Made by a program: the position numbers and the translations under genes
Assembly: GCF_009914755.1 (NCBI RefSeq)
Contig: NC_060926.1
Reading direction: 5' to 3' (one strand)
Length of the DNA stretch: 64,000 bases
From: the human T2T-CHM13v2.0 reference genome, Homo sapiens
Notes under the pieces: model-generated
What the model saw: only the letters and a program-made list of their open reading frames with translations
What the model was told of the DNA's origin: nothing
Database searches by the model: none
In this document: positions 36,301 through 51,224 of the stretch, in pieces
Position numbering within the stretch: the first letter of the stretch is position 1
Layout: each line of letters opens with the position of its first letter

Positions 36301-39300
36301 AAAGAAAAGAATTAACAAAATGATAGGAGTAAGTCCTCACCAATCAATAATAACCATCAGTGTAAACTGATTAAATATCTCACTTAAAAAAAATTAGACT
36401 GGCTGAATGAATTAAAAAACATGACCTAACTGTATGCTGCCTATAAGAAGCTCACCTTGCTTCTAAAGACACATATAGACTAAAAGTGAAAGAATGGCAA
36501 AAGATATTCCATTAAAACAGAAATCAAAGGCAAGAAGGAGTAGCTAGCTATACTTACATCAGGTAAAACAGACTTTAAGTCAAAAACTTTAAAAGGAGAC
36601 CAAAAAAAGTTCATTATCTAATGATAAAAGGATCAATTCAACAAGAGAATATCATAATGATAAAGATATATGCACCAGAGCACTCAGATATGTAAAGTAA
36701 ATATTAGATTTAAAGGGGGAGATAGGCCCTAATACAATAATAGTTGTGTTCTTTAATGTGCAACTGTCAGCATTGAACAGACCATCTAGAGAGAAAGCCA
36801 ACAAAGAAACATTGGATTTAAACTGTACTTTCAACCAAATGGTCCAAACAGATATTTACAGAATATTTAATCCAATAGCTATAAAATATACGTGTTTTAA
36901 TCAGCACATGAAATGGCGTCCAGAATAGATTACATGGTAGGCCACAAAACAAGTATCAGCAAATTTAACAGAATTTAAATCATATCAAGTATCTTTTCTG
37001 ATGACAATGAAATAAAACTAGAAATCAATAACAAAAGGAGCTTTCAAAACTGTACAAATATATAGAAGTTAAACAACATGCTTCTAAACTACCAATGGCA
37101 AATGAATAAATTTAAAAGAAAATTTAAATTTTTAAAAAAACAAATGAAAATGGGAACACAGTATATCCAAACCTATGGGATACAGCAAAAACAGTGTTAA
37201 GAGGGAAGTTTATAGCAATAAAAGCCTCCATCAAAAAACCAGAGAAGCGTCAAATAAGCCACCAAACAGCGCATCTGAAGGAACTGGAAAGTAAGAACAA
37301 AACAAATCCAAAATCATGAAAGAAAAGAAATCATGAATATCAGAGCAGAAATAAATGAAATTGAGATTTTAAAATATGTAAAAGATCAATGAAACAAAAT
37401 GGTCGATTTTTTTGAAAAGATAAACAAAATCAACAAATTTTTAGCTATACTAACCAAGAAAAGAAAGATGAGACCTAAGTAAATAAAATCAGAAATGAAA
37501 AAGGAGGCATTGCAACTGATACCACAGAAATATGAAGGATTATTAGAGACTACTATGAACAACTACATACCAACAAATTAGAGAACCTCACAAAAGTGAA
37601 TAAATTTCTGGACACATACAACCTACTAAGATTGAACAAAAAAAATTTAGAAAACCTAACCAGATCAATTATTATTTATGAGATTAAACCAGTAATTAAA
37701 AGTCTCCCATCAAAGGCCAATCCAGGAACTGAAGTTTTCACTGCTGAATTCGACCAAACATTTAAAGAAGAACTAAAACCAATTATTCTTAAATTCTTCC
37801 AAAAAACTGAAGAAAAAGGAGATCTTCCAAACTCATTTTATGAGGTCAGCATTACCTTGATACTAAAACCAGACAAAGAAAAAACAACCAAAAAGAAAAC
37901 TATGGGCCAATATCTCCAATGAACACAGATGCAAAAATCTTCACCAAAATACTAACAAACCAAATCCAGCACATTAAAAAGATCATGCATCATAATCAAG
38001 TAGAATTTATCATAGGAATGAAAGGATGGTTCAACATACAAAAATAAATAAATGTGATATATCAACAGAATCAAGGGAAAAAATATATGGTCATGTTAAT
38101 AGATACAAAAAAAATTGGTAAAATTCAGCATCCCTTCGTGATAAAAGCACTCAACAAACTAGGTATAGAAGGACCATACCTCAACACAATAAAGACCACA
38201 TATGACAAAACCACAGTAAACATCACACTAAGTGTGGAAAGCTAAAAGCCTTTTCCCTAAGAACTGAAGCAAGACAAAGATGCTTACCCTCACTACTTTT
38301 ATTCAACACAGAACTGGAAGTCCTAACCCAAGCAATTAGGCAAGAAAAAGAAATAAAGAGCATCCAAGTTGAAAAGGAGAAAGTCAAATTGTTTCTGTTT
38401 GCAGACAACATGTGTATAGACATAGAAAACCCTAAAAGCTCCACCAAAAACTCTTAGAACTGATAAATAAATTTAGTAATGTTACAGGATACAAAATCAA
38501 CATACAAAAATCAGCAGTGTTTCTAGACACCAACAACAGACTAATAGAAATAGAATCAAGAAAGCAATCCTATTGATAATAACTATAAAAAGAATACAAG
38601 AATAAATATAACCAAGGAGGGAAAACATCTCTACAAGGAAAACTAGAAAACACTAATAAAGAAATTGAAAAAAATCAAAAAAATAGACATACCATGTTCA
38701 TGGAGTAAAATAATTAATATTGTGAAAATGCCCATCCTACAAAAAGTGATCTACAGATCCAGTGCAATCCCTATCAAGTACCACTAACATTCTTCACAGA
38801 AATAGAAAAAAATCCTAAAATTCATAGAGTACCACAAAAGACCTCAAATAACCCAAAGAAAAAATCTGAAGGTATCACACTACCTGACTTAAAATATAGT
38901 ATAAAGCTAGATTAATCAAAATAGCATGGTACTGGCATAAAAACAGAAAGACCAATGGAACAGAATAGAGAACCCAGAAATAAATCCACCTATTTGCAGC
39001 CAACTGACTTTCTACAAAGACTCTGTGAATGCTCATTAGGGGAAAGGACAGTCTTTTCAATAAATGATGCTGGGAAAGCTGGATATCCATAAGCAGAAAA
39101 ATGAAACTAGGCCTCTATCTCCCACCATATACAAAAGTCAACTCAAAATGCATTAAAGACTTAAATGTAACACTCAAAACCATGAAGCTACTAGAAGAAA
39201 ACAACAGGAGAAATGCTTTAGGACATTGATCTGGGCAAAGATTTTATGAAGACCTCAAAGCACAGGCAATAAAAGCAAAAATAGACTGATGAGATTATAC

Positions 39301-40280
39301 CAAACTAAAAAGCTTCTTAACTGCAAAGGAAAAATTAAGAGAATGAAGAGACAACCTTCAGCACAAGGGAAAACATTTGAAAACTATTCATCCCACAAGG
39401 GATGAATATTCAGAATATACAAGAAACTCAAATAACTCAACAACAACAACAAATATATATATATATAGGTTAAAAAGTGGGCCATGGGCTGAACAGATAT
39501 CTCTCAAAAGAAGATATACAAATAGCCAACAGGTATATTAAAAAATGCTGAATACCACTAATCATCAGAGAAATGGAAATCAAAACCACAATGAGACAGC
39601 ATTTCACCCCAGTTAGAATAGCTATTATCAAAAAGACCAAAAAAAAAAAATGCTTGTGAGGATACAGAGAAAAGGGAACTCATACACTGTTGGGAGGGAT
39701 GTACATTAGTACAGCCATTATGGAAAACGGTATGGAGTTTCCTCAAAAAGCTTAAAATAGAACTACTATATGATCCAGCCACCCCAATACTGGGCATTAA
39801 TCCAAAGAAGAGGAAATCAGTATGTTGAAGAGATATCTTTATTGCAGTACTATTTTGCATATATGTTTATTGGAGCACAATTCACAATAGCCAAGATATG
39901 GAATAACCTAAGTGTCCATCAACAGATGAATGAATAAAGAGAATATGTACTATGGTGTACATGCCCAATGGAATACTACTTAGTGATAGAAAAAAAGAAC
40001 AATTCTGTCATTCACTGCAACATAAATGAGCTTGGAAGAATTTATTTTAAGTGAAATAAGCCAAGCACATGTTCTCACTTACATGAGAAAGCTAAAAAAA
40101 AAAAAAAGTTAATTTCCTACAAGTAAAGAGTAGAATAGTGGCTACTGTAGGCTAGGAAGGGTAGTGGGAAGAGGAGGATAGACACGGATGGTTAACAAAT
40201 CTAGTACAGCTAGATAGAGGGAATAAATTCTAGTGTTCTATAGCACTGTAGAGTGACTACAATAAACAAGAATTTATTGT

Positions 40281-40572
40281 GGCTGGGCACAGTGGCTCAT
40301 GCCTGTAATCCCAGCACTTTGGGAGGCTGAGGCAGGCAGATCACGAGGTCAAGAGATCGAGACCATCCTGGCCAACATGGTGAAACCCCATCTCTACTAA
40401 AAATACAAAAATTAGCTGGGCACGGTGGCAGGCGCTTATAGTCCCAGCTACTCGGGAGGGTGAGGCAGGAGAATTGCTTGAACCCAGGGGGGCGGAGGTT
40501 GCAGTGAGCAGAGATCACGCCACTGTACTCCAGCCTGGGTGACAGAGTGAGTCTCTGTCTCAAAAAAAAAAA
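40281..40572 (+). mobile_element. AluSc inside the L1 3' UTR
   Basis: gatcacgaggtcaagagatcgagaccatcctggccaacatgg; degenerate TSD aagaatttattgt / aataatttcttgc. Confidence 0.92.
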
Positions 40573-42915
40573 TAATAATTTCTTGCATATTTTCAAATAG
40601 CTACAAGAGTGGATTTTGAATGTTCTCAACACAAAGAAATGATAAATGTCTGAGGTGATGAATATGCTAATTACCATGATTCAATCAGTACACATTATAT
40701 ATATGTACTGAAATATCATATTGGGTCCCACAAATATATGCAATTATGTGTCATTTAAAAATAATAAATAATAATAATTTTTTAAAAGAAAAGAATGAGA
40801 AAGCCAGAGGAGGAGATGGATGTGATAAAGGAAGGACTCAGCTAGTTGAAAATCAACTCTGAAGTTGAACAATTCAAGGTACTGGCAATCTATAATGTAG
40901 AGTTTCCATGACATGAGACAGTCAAGTAGATATGGTCATCTGGAATGGCAAAAAGGCAGTCCTTCAGGGATGTTGTAGAGGGTGATTCTGTATTAAGAGA
41001 GTTAACACTCCCTCTGGGGCGATGAAAATCTCTTTCAATTTTAGGTAACCAGAATTTCAGAGAAAAGGAAATGTTCCAATGATGAAGGCGATCCGAAGCC
41101 AAGGAGGAACATCCATCTTAATGAATCCCCCAAATTGAAATGAGTAAAAATAAGTATTTAAAGCTGGAGAACAGAGCCAGGAATGTGAGATAAGGTGAAG
41201 CAGAATCCTCATGTTAGCTAGATGGAAGGTTCCACATTGAAGAAGCATCCTACCACATGCCCAGCATTGGTGAATGCCATCCTTGAACCACCTAACCTAA
41301 CCTATTTTGCCCCTCATTTTTTATCCTGTTGTCACCATTCCCTTGTTTCTTACCTTTCTCCACCCCACCACCCTCTACCATTAACTCTTCCTTCCAGCTT
41401 TAGACAAATCCCTGTTTCTACTAACTTTAGATCATTGTTCTCCACCTGATTACATTTTCATCTCTTTTCCTTTGCTTTGCATATCCACAGACAGTCTTCA
41501 GGAAGACTCGGCTTCATAATCTGGCCCATAAGGAAAGAATTCCCCAAGTCTGCCCTAATCTTCTGTGTAGGACCTAGGTATGATGTCCTTTAAGTTCCCT
41601 TCTAACTCCATGATTCTATAAACTCAGCCCAGCTTTCCGATTTTAGCAGAGGTAAGTAAATACAACCTGAAAGCTATCTTCTTTATTAATTTCATGCTAT
41701 CTTAAGTGGAAAATGTTCTCAGTGTCTAGCCTGGCTTTGTTGCCCTTCTAGTTTCAAAGTACATAAGTTTATTATCAAAGTCAAGTCAAAATTCCAGAGT
41801 TTGTCATAAATGGTTTTACAGCTGTGGCCACCTAAAACATGACCAGAAAAGCTTGTGTTGGTTTTAAGATGATTGGTTTGAAAGCAGGTTTGACTGGCAG
41901 TTGATTTTCCATGGCTCTGAAGTCAAGATCCACGTGGATAAAAAATATATATATGTATAATCCAAATATTGTATGCCAATGTAACCAATAAGGGAATAAA
42001 ACCTCCAGATAAAATTCCTATGCCTGTCCCAGTTAACTCTTTAATGGATATTAATAAGCAGTGAAATGAGCAGAAGAATCACAAGTGGGAAAATGTCTGG
42101 GTAACCCAGGACCCTAGCAAATCTATAAGCTTGGATAACAGAGTTGCCTAAGAATAGCACAATGAGAAACCCAGATTCACTGTGATTATTCACAATGTTA
42201 CCGTTGAGAAAATTCTCTTCCCTATTAACACAACTCAGGTCCAGAATGGCTTTCGTCACTCAACTCAGCTATAGTATTTTCTTCTGGCATTAGATTAGTC
42301 TCATGGGGTTATAGTGTTTTGTAACAAGGATTACTCAACTCTACACACACAAACTCTGTATAAACACAGATGAAAAAGTACACTTGTTCTCACATAAATA
42401 CTAAAAGCAAATGTGCCAATCCTTTGCTGTCTTTACAGTGATCCATCACGGAACTTTTGCCAAACAGACTGGAGTAAAGTCAATGTTACTTTTTTAAAAG
42501 TAAAAAATGCTCTAGGCATAAAAGTGTGCCAGTTTTCTAACTGAAAATCTGATAGACAAATATGTCTGTAAATTCACTTTTTTTTAATGGAAACCACTGG
42601 TTTCCAAGTTTTTAAAATACTCCCACCAATAAAAAAAAAAATTGGAGGATGTGTCCCCAATGAGTATTGCTTATATAAATATTAATTTATGTATTATGTG
42701 ATATAAATCTACTCTACAATGTTATAGATGCAATAATTTTAAAAAGCATTCATGAGATTATAAACATAAATAATGTTAATATTTTAAAAATGTTATTATC
42801 TCCATACTATCATTGACTAATATCCTAACACACAATACATACTTAGAGTTTGATACATTGTTAAGTGTAGTAGAGATATGTCCATTTAAAAAAATCATTG
42901 CATTGAGATTTGTGA

Positions 42916-42984
42916 TTTTTTTAGAGGTGGGGTCTTGCTGTGTTGGCCAGGCTGAAGAGCAGTAGCTATTCCCAGGCATGATTC
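42916..42984 (-). mobile_element. 7SL/FAM-derived 3' fragment
   Basis: ttttttagaggtggggtcttgctgtgttggccaggctgaagagcagtagctattcccaggcatgat matches the antisense 7SL 3' end. Confidence 0.7.
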
Positions 42985-43333
42985 TGACTCTTTGTCAGAT
43001 CCTTTTAATGTGGCTGTCAAAAAAACTCCTAGTAGTAGTAGAAGTCTCAACTCTGCCATGCTCTTATTATTACTTCCAGCTTGCATTATTAGTTTTATCT
43101 TGCCTTTGACTTTTCTTTGTAAAATATTTCATGAGTGATTTGTTTCATAATTGTAAATGTTAATTTGGTAAATATATGAGTAAAAATATACAATAAAAAA
43201 TATGTGATTTAAAAACTTACATAAAGGAACACTTGAATCACAATGCATTGCAACAAACTAGGGTAATCAGTTACATGAAAACACCAATGTCAACCTTCCA
43301 TGATGTGGAACACCTGCTTTTCCTACAAGATAC

Positions 43334-43562
43334 CTTCTACACCAGCTACAAATGGATATGTGGTAAGTATACATCACTGTTAATGAATATTAGTTGTACA
43401 AGTAAAAAAGAAAAATGGATAAATTGGGCTTTATCAAAATTTAAAGCTTCTACACCAGCTACAAATGGACATGTGGTAAGTATACATCACTGTTAATGAA
43501 TACTAGTTGTACAAGTAAAAAAGAAAAATGGAAAAATTGGGCTTTATCAAAATTTAAAGCTT
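43334..43562. repeat. 113-bp tandem duplication across an L1 5' junction
   Basis: Units 43334-43446 and 43447-43559 differ at 3 positions; ctt microhomology. Confidence 0.95.
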
Positions 43563-44542
43563 TTGCACATCAAAAGACACTATCAACAGAGTGAAAAGGC
43601 AACTGATAGAATGGAAGGAAATATTTGTAAATTATATATCTGATAAGAGATTAATACTCAGAATATATAAAACTGATCAATGAAAAAACAGTCCAATTTA
43701 AAAATGGGCAAAGGACTTGAATAGGCATTTCTCCAAAGAAGATATATAAACAGCCAATAAGCACATAAAAAGGTATTAAACACCACTAGACATTAGAAAA
43801 ATGCAAATCAAAACCAAAATAAGATACCACTTTACCAGCATTAGGCTGGCTATTATTAAAAAAAAAAAGAAAAGAACTAGTGTTGGTGCAGATGTGTAGA
43901 AATTGAAAGACTTGGGCATTGTTGGTGGGAATGTGTAATGATATACCCACAGTGGAAATAGTTTGGTGATTCCTCAGAAAGTTAAACTAGAATTACTATA
44001 TGACCCAACAATTTCACTTCTAGGTATATACCCCCAAAACTTGAAAACACCAAGGATACTTGAACAGCAATGTTCATAACAGCACTATTCATTCATAACA
44101 CCTAAAAGATAGGAACAACCTAAATGTCCATCATCAGATAAATGGGTAAACAAATGTTGTATATACATACAATGGAAGCTAATTCATCTCTAAAAAGAAA
44201 TGAAATCTTGATACATGCTACAACATGGATAAACATTGAAAACATTAAGCTAAGTGAAATAAACCAGACCAAAAAGGATAAATATTGTCTGATTCCACCT
44301 ATATGAGTTACCTAGGATAGACAAAGTCATGGAGACTAAAAGAATAGAAGTTACTGTGGCCTAGGGGAAGTGGGAAATGGGAAGGTTTTGTTTAATGGTA
44401 CAGAGTTTCTGTTTGCAATGATGAAAAACTTCAGGAAGTGGATAGTGGTGGTGGTTTCATAACATTATGAATCTACTTAATGCCAGTGAATTGTAGCCCG
44501 GTAAATTTTATGTCATATATATTTTATTACAGTAAAAATAAA
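43512..44542 (+). mobile_element. 5'-truncated L1MB-type element
   Basis: caaaagacactatcaacagagtgaaaaggcaac...gtggatagtggtggtggtttcataacattatgaatctacttaatgcca. Confidence 0.88.
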
Positions 44543-44628
44543 GGCCAAAACATTAGTGAAGCTTTATTTTTTAAAGGTTAATGTAAATTAAATGTTTATT
44601 ACATTTTTTAATGTCCTTGTAAACCTTT

Positions 44629-44936
<308 letters not shown>

Positions 44937-46894
44937 AAAAAGTATAAGTTCTTTTAATGATTATTTCTTAAAAATTCTTTTCTCATGAAATTCTTCTATA
45001 CTTAACATTTCCCCAGATAGCACCAAATTAAGGTGAGGGGAAAAATAAAAGCATTCTGGGAAAAAAGTTGTTTGTTTTTTCCATTTAATAGGAATTTTCA
45101 TTCTCTCTCACCCCCTCTCCCTCTCCTGATTACAATCTTCCTGAATGAAACCCAATGGGCTGTAAGCTAAGCAACTTGAATAAACACTAGCCAAATTAAA
45201 ACAAAATGTTATAGGGAACAATGAGAAGGGCTTGATTTTCCTGAAGAAATTTGAAGTAAGAGTCTTCACCACTGGGTAGGATTGTTTCTTGGCAGCTGAA
45301 ACCAAAGCTACCCTTAACCAATCAAGGGCCATGCCTTCCTATGCTACCTCCCGAACACATGGATTCATTTTGTGTGCTCGCTCAAGAAGTTGCGCACAGA
45401 GCTGAGAAGGTCTTCCAGAGGTCATCTTTTCCTAGCGCCTCTAGGCAGTTTTCCCCTAAACTATTCCAGATTTTTTTATTCCTCAATTATTTAAGTTGCA
45501 TTGAGCAGTTGATAACTAAATCTCTGCTGTCTAGGAAAATAATATTATAGTCCATGGTCTTAATTTTATTCTTAGATAAATCTGTTTAAGGCAAGGATGC
45601 CCTTTAAAGTCAAATTCATTTTGGCTTTCTTTCTTCTTGCATAGTGATAACACTTTGGGAAGCTGGTATTAATGGGAGGTCAGATCACAGACTAAAAGAA
45701 TTATGTCCATTTTGAACAGAGACTGTTAGACAACAAAATGATCATTTAGCGTCAATATTAGATTCCTTTCTGAATTTAGCCTTTAGGCAATTGGTTTATT
45801 AAAGGATTCTAAAAGCTTTTGGCCTTTATGTGAATGAGAGTAAGCACTACAGAGTTTCTAGCTGTAATGAAATCAGAAGGGTCATTCACCCCTGTTCTGT
45901 AGACATTAATTCATGACCAGCCTATCCCTCAACAGAGTAAAGTGCTGGGACAGCAGGTGTGTTTGGGGGAGGTATACAACTGCCTGGGAAGCAGCTGGGC
46001 TTGGCAGTCTGGGGCCCAGGAACAGAGAGATAGCAAATCTCTTGCACAGGAGCAGTTTGTCCATTACTTTGACCCCACGTGCCTTAACTGGGCTCCTTTG
46101 TTTCTTATAAATTTCACATCTACATGTAGAAAAACACATTTTTTCTATCTTTTAAAGTAAACAGCTTTGCTTCCCACTCTGTCCCCTCCTCCATGCCTGG
46201 ACTGGACATTATTTGTCTTGTGGCAGAAGAGAGAGCAACAGAACACGCGATCGTATTTAATGGTCTCCAAAATTACTTCTGTGAAATATCCACCTACTTG
46301 CCACAGCTTGATTTACTGCATCGCCTGGAAATAACAAATGTAATTACATTGGAATCAGCATAATATAAGGCCAGATTGCCGTAACATTCCTATTGCTTGA
46401 GAGGAAGTTAATATGAATGAGAACCAGCTGTCTGTCTGTCATCATGCACATTTGGTCAGCTCCCATAACTGATGACAGATATGGCTCTTTTGGAAAATAC
46501 TTTAAAGTCACATAATTGTAATGGCCGTTTTTTCCTCTGACATCTTTAATATCTATAATGAATCATGTAAAGCGCATCCATATTACCTGAAACCAGGAGA
46601 TAATTTTGTGATCTCCAAGTGGTTATCTCCCCAGAATAGTATCCAGCCTAATATTTTGGATTTATTTAATAAAAGGGGTAGTATATTCTTATCCAACAAT
46701 AAAAAACAAATGAACTTGTGACTTCATAGCTAAAGAAATGCCTTGGTGTAACCTGGGCCTTTGGATGGCAAGAAAGGTCTTATATATACGTGGGTATGTG
46801 TGTGTATATATATTATATATATATAGTATATATAATTGAATCAGACAATTTTAGAGAAACAAAATATTTTAAAGGAACTAGACTTTTGGGGATC

Positions 46895-47100
46895 TCTGCT
46901 TTGTGCTAGGCTGTCTACATTCACTTTCTTATTTAACTTCCACAACAACCCCACCTCGTGAGTTAGATGTTATGACCTTTTTAAATCTTTAAAAAGCTTT
47001 AAAGAGAACACTGAAGTTTAGTGACACTAGTAACTTTCCTAAGATCATACAACTAGTTAGTAATAAGGTTGAGAGTAAGATCTAGGCCTCTTCGACACAA
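46895..47100 (-). mobile_element. MIR
   Basis: ttatttaacttccacaacaacccc...actttcctaagatcatacaactagttagt. Confidence 0.7.
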
Positions 47101-47109
47101 GTCAATAAT

Positions 47110-48450
47110 AAAACCATTAATGAAAGAGTTCAGCAAGATTGGCAAATTCAAGATCATCATAGTAAAACTGGTAACTGTCTATGTGGCAGTAATAACTAAT
47201 TAGACAGCGGAATACAAAAAGCTGATTCCATTTATAATTCAGAGTAATGAGAGTGTGATGGTAACTCAAAGGTAGACAGATCAGTGGAACTGGAGCATGA
47301 CCACATGTACTGATATCTGATATATGACAGAAGTGTAATAAATTAATGGAGAAAGGATGGGCCAATAAGTCACTGGTACCTGGAAAATAAGATACCCATA
47401 TAAAAATGTTTGACTCCCTATTGTATACTATATACACATTAAAAATATTCCAAGAAAACTAACCTAAATATCAAAGGCAAAACTTTACATACTTTAAAAG
47501 AAAGTACAGGAAACTAAACAATGTGGCACTATGGAAGGAATCCTTAAATAAAACCCAAAATCACAAATGACACATGAAAGATTCATAAATTCACTAAATT
47601 AAAATGAAGGCTTTTATGCAACCAAACACAGCACAAATTAAAAAAACAAGTCACAGACTGGGATAAAACATTTGCAATACATATAGCTAACAAAAAATTG
47701 GCATTCAGAACATATAAAGTATGCATAGAAAACTATTATTTGATAGAAAAAAAATGAACAATTCACAGAACAGGAAATCTGTTGGTTACTTAATATGTGA
47801 AAAGATTTTTTAACCTTACTAGTAAAAAAGGAAACAAATTAAAACAATGTGATATGATCTCACATTTATCAAAGTGACAAGTTTTAAAAGTCTGAAAATA
47901 CCTAGTGTTGGCCAGATGTGATGCAACAGGAATGCTCATTTATTGCTGATGGAATTGGAACAACTACTTTGGAGCACAACTTGACAAGGTCTAGTAAAGC
48001 TGAAGATGTACATACCTAACACCTTATAATTCCAGTCCTATGTGCGTGGCTTAGAGAAACCCTCTGACACGCATGCAAGGAGAAATAAGAAGTGTTAATG
48101 GTAGCATTGTTTATAAAAACAAAACGATGGGAAGCCAAATATACTTAAATAAAAGAAAGGATACATTTTTATATCGTATGCATAAAATGAAACATGGAAC
48201 AGCCGTTTAAATGAGAAAACTATATCTACTTGTAGCAACAGGGATAAATTTCAAAAACATAATGTTGACAAAAAAAGAAAGTTGCAAAAACATTAGTACA
48301 CTATGATATATATATCTAATTCAAAAACATTTAAAAATATGACATGTTTATAGAAACAATATGGAAATTTATGTTTTACTGAACAATGAAACATTTAGTT
48401 TGTATATATATATGTATAAAATCATGCATATAAAAAACAGCAAAATCTTG
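47110..48450 (+). mobile_element. Ancient L1ME-type ORF2 end and 3' UTR
   Basis: acaagtcacagactgggataaaacatttgcaatacatat; ttggaacaactactttggagcacaacttgaca. Confidence 0.75.
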
Positions 48451-48689
48451 TTTGCTTCTCTTCAAAGAGGGACAGATAAGAATGAAATCATGGAGAGTTC
48501 TGTTAGAGAAAGCCCTTAAACATTTTTCTTAAAAGAAATAATCAGAAACAAATATGGTATTAGCGGGTGATGAAAAAAAGAGAAGATGAAGAGCATAGGA
48601 GGGAGAGAGAAAAGAAGGAAGACAAGAAGGAAAGAAAAATATTTAAAGAGTCTAAAACTCTAGATCAAATCATTGGTATTTTAACTTTC

Positions 48690-49130
48690 TATACAGTCAT
48701 TTAATTTAAAAATATATCAATATTAACAATCTATTCAGTCATTATAATTTATGTGTAAGTAAAATGAATGACAGAAATGTTATAAAGGATTAAAGGGAAG
48801 AACTGGGAATACTCTGTTACAGGATACTTGAACTACCTGTGAAGCAGTATAGCATCAAAGAATTTGAAAGTGGACTTGAAAGAATTGTAAATGTATATTG
48901 CAAACTCTAGGGCAACCACTAAAAAAGTTAAACGAAGTGTAATTTATATGCAAAGACAGGAGAGAAAAAAGAACAATATTAAATACTCATTTAAAACTAG
49001 AGAGGGGAGAAGAAGAGAAGAAAATGAAGTAAAGAACAAGGGCTATGAATAGAAAACAGTTCCAAGTATGGTAAATATTAATCCAACTATATGAATAATT
49101 ACTTAAATGTGAACAGTCTAAATACGCCAA
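48690..49130 (+). mobile_element. L1M inter-ORF / ORF2 start fragment
   Basis: gtatattgcaaactctagggcaaccactaaaaaa; atggtaaatattaatccaactatatgaataattacttaaatgtgaacagtctaaatacgccaa. Confidence 0.75.
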
Positions 49131-50334
49131 AAATTGTATTGTGTTTTTAATCTATCAGTAATAAAATGTCCAGATCCTCCCTTCAAAAACAAAACAAACA
49201 AAACAGATTAAAGGAGAAATTTTCAGACTTTTTGAAATCCTTATATTATGAACAAGTGGGGCTGGATTTGATATGATTTTTTAAAATTCACTATTAATTG
49301 GAATGAGGTAAATTTGAGTAAATTAAACAAATCCAGAAATTTTAATAACTTGAAAGCGTGCAATTGTAAAATACTCTGTATCTACAGCTGTTTACATTCA
49401 TATGTGTGGCAGGTTTATATCTTGAACTATGAAGCGGGCTGGTCTCTGTGTAAGGGCCAATTAGATAGAGCCATTTTCTCTCCACTCATCTAGAAACAAA
49501 AATTCAAAAAAATCTATGAGCTAAGTACCAGACTTAATAAAAATAAATTATATTAAGACAAAATACAAAAAATGTATGAATATATTTTTCTTTCATATTA
49601 GACTATACATACTCTTTTAAAATATTTTACTAAACAGAGAAGCATGGTTTGCATTTTTTACCTAAATGAGATCACATTCTGCATATTCTTTTATAACTGA
49701 CATGTTGTAATTGTACATATTTATACATATTCTTTTGAAAGCTACTTTTTGCAATTCATGTATACCAATTTTATTTCAGAAAATGTTCATCTCACCTAAT
49801 ATTAGAACTTAGATTCTCCCCTATGGATTCTAATACCTCCTTTAAAACTCATTGGCACAAATCATAGCCAATCCAAGAACACACACATTGCATCCAGCTC
49901 CCTTATCCCTTATGTCTCTTCTCATCTAGAACAGACCATTTATCATGACTTTGAACAATTTTACAAGATGTGCCACCTTCTGATTTTGTCTGGTGGCTTC
50001 CTTGTGGTGAATTTTAACTTATTCTTTACTTTGTAAACTGAGAGTTATATCTAAAGGCTCTATGGATTCAAGTTAAGCATATTTGGCAAGATAATATTTC
50101 ATGTGATATTGTCAACTTCATGTTGCATCACTTAAGAAAAGACATATTACCTGGTTGACCTGCCATTAATGATACTAAATTAACCACTAGATTCCTCTAT
50201 TTAATAGTAGTGTTTCTCCCTTTGCAACCAGAAAGTCATCTATGTAATACTACTTTGGTATTATACTAATATCCCATTCACTAAATAATTTTAATGGCCA
50301 TTGATCATCATGAATTTGTAATTTCTTTATAGCA

Positions 50335-51215
50335 CTGATATATAGCAAGGAACAAAACAAACAAATATCCTTGCTCCCATGGAGTTTACCAGCTAGTGAG
50401 AAAGAGAGATAATAGACTTAAAAATTAGAAAAATACTGTATAAAGGTGGGGCGCAGTGGCTCACACCTGTAATCCCAGCACTTTGGGAGGTGGAGGTGGA
50501 TAGATCACTTGAGCTCAGGAGTTTGAGACCAGCCTGGGCAACCTTGTGAAACCCTGTCTCTACAAAAAATACAAAAATTAGCCGGGTGTGGTGGCCTGTG
50601 CCTGTACTCCCAGCCACTTGGAGGGCTGGGGCGGGAGGATCACTTGAGCCCGGGATAGACGAGGTTGCAGTGAGCCAAGATCATACTACTGCACTCCAGC
50701 CTGGGCAACAGAGTGAGACCCTGTCCCAAAAACAGACAAACGAAAAAGAAAAGAAAAGAAAAATACTGCATGAAGTAGGTCATGTGGTGAAAAGTGCTAT
50801 GGAAACAAATAAAGATGAGAAAGGGTGAGAAAATGAGGGGATGGGAGTGAACTGTGGAGTTGTTGTTTTAAACAGGGGTGGTTAGGGAAGGCCTCACTAG
50901 GTATCTGTGACTTTTGTGCAGAGACAATTGGACATGTGGACAAGAATTGTTCTAGGTAAGTGCAAAGGCCTTGTGGTAGATGCTTGCCAGTGTATTTAAG
51001 GAACATCCAGGAAGCCAATGTGACTGGATCAGAGAAAGTGGAGGGAGAGTAAGAGCAGAAGAGGCCAATAAGTAGAACAGAGAGTGGGCTGATTGAGGAG
51101 GCCTTGTGCGCCAATAGAAGGGCTTTGGCTTTTACTCCAAAATAGGCTGTAAGCAGAAGAGCAACATGATCTGTCTTGTATATTACAGGAATTTCTCAGG
51201 CTGTTGTGTCCAAAA
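50335..51215 (-). mobile_element. L2 fragment interrupted by an Alu
   Basis: gctcccatggagtttaccagctagt; gtgcaaaggccttgtggtag...ggaagccaatgtgactgga; ctttggcttttactcc. Confidence 0.8.
50445..50757 (+). mobile_element. AluJ
   Basis: gggaggatcacttgagccc; TSD agaaaaatactg(t/c)at(a/g)aa. Confidence 0.92.
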
Positions 51216-51224
51216 TAGGCTATA

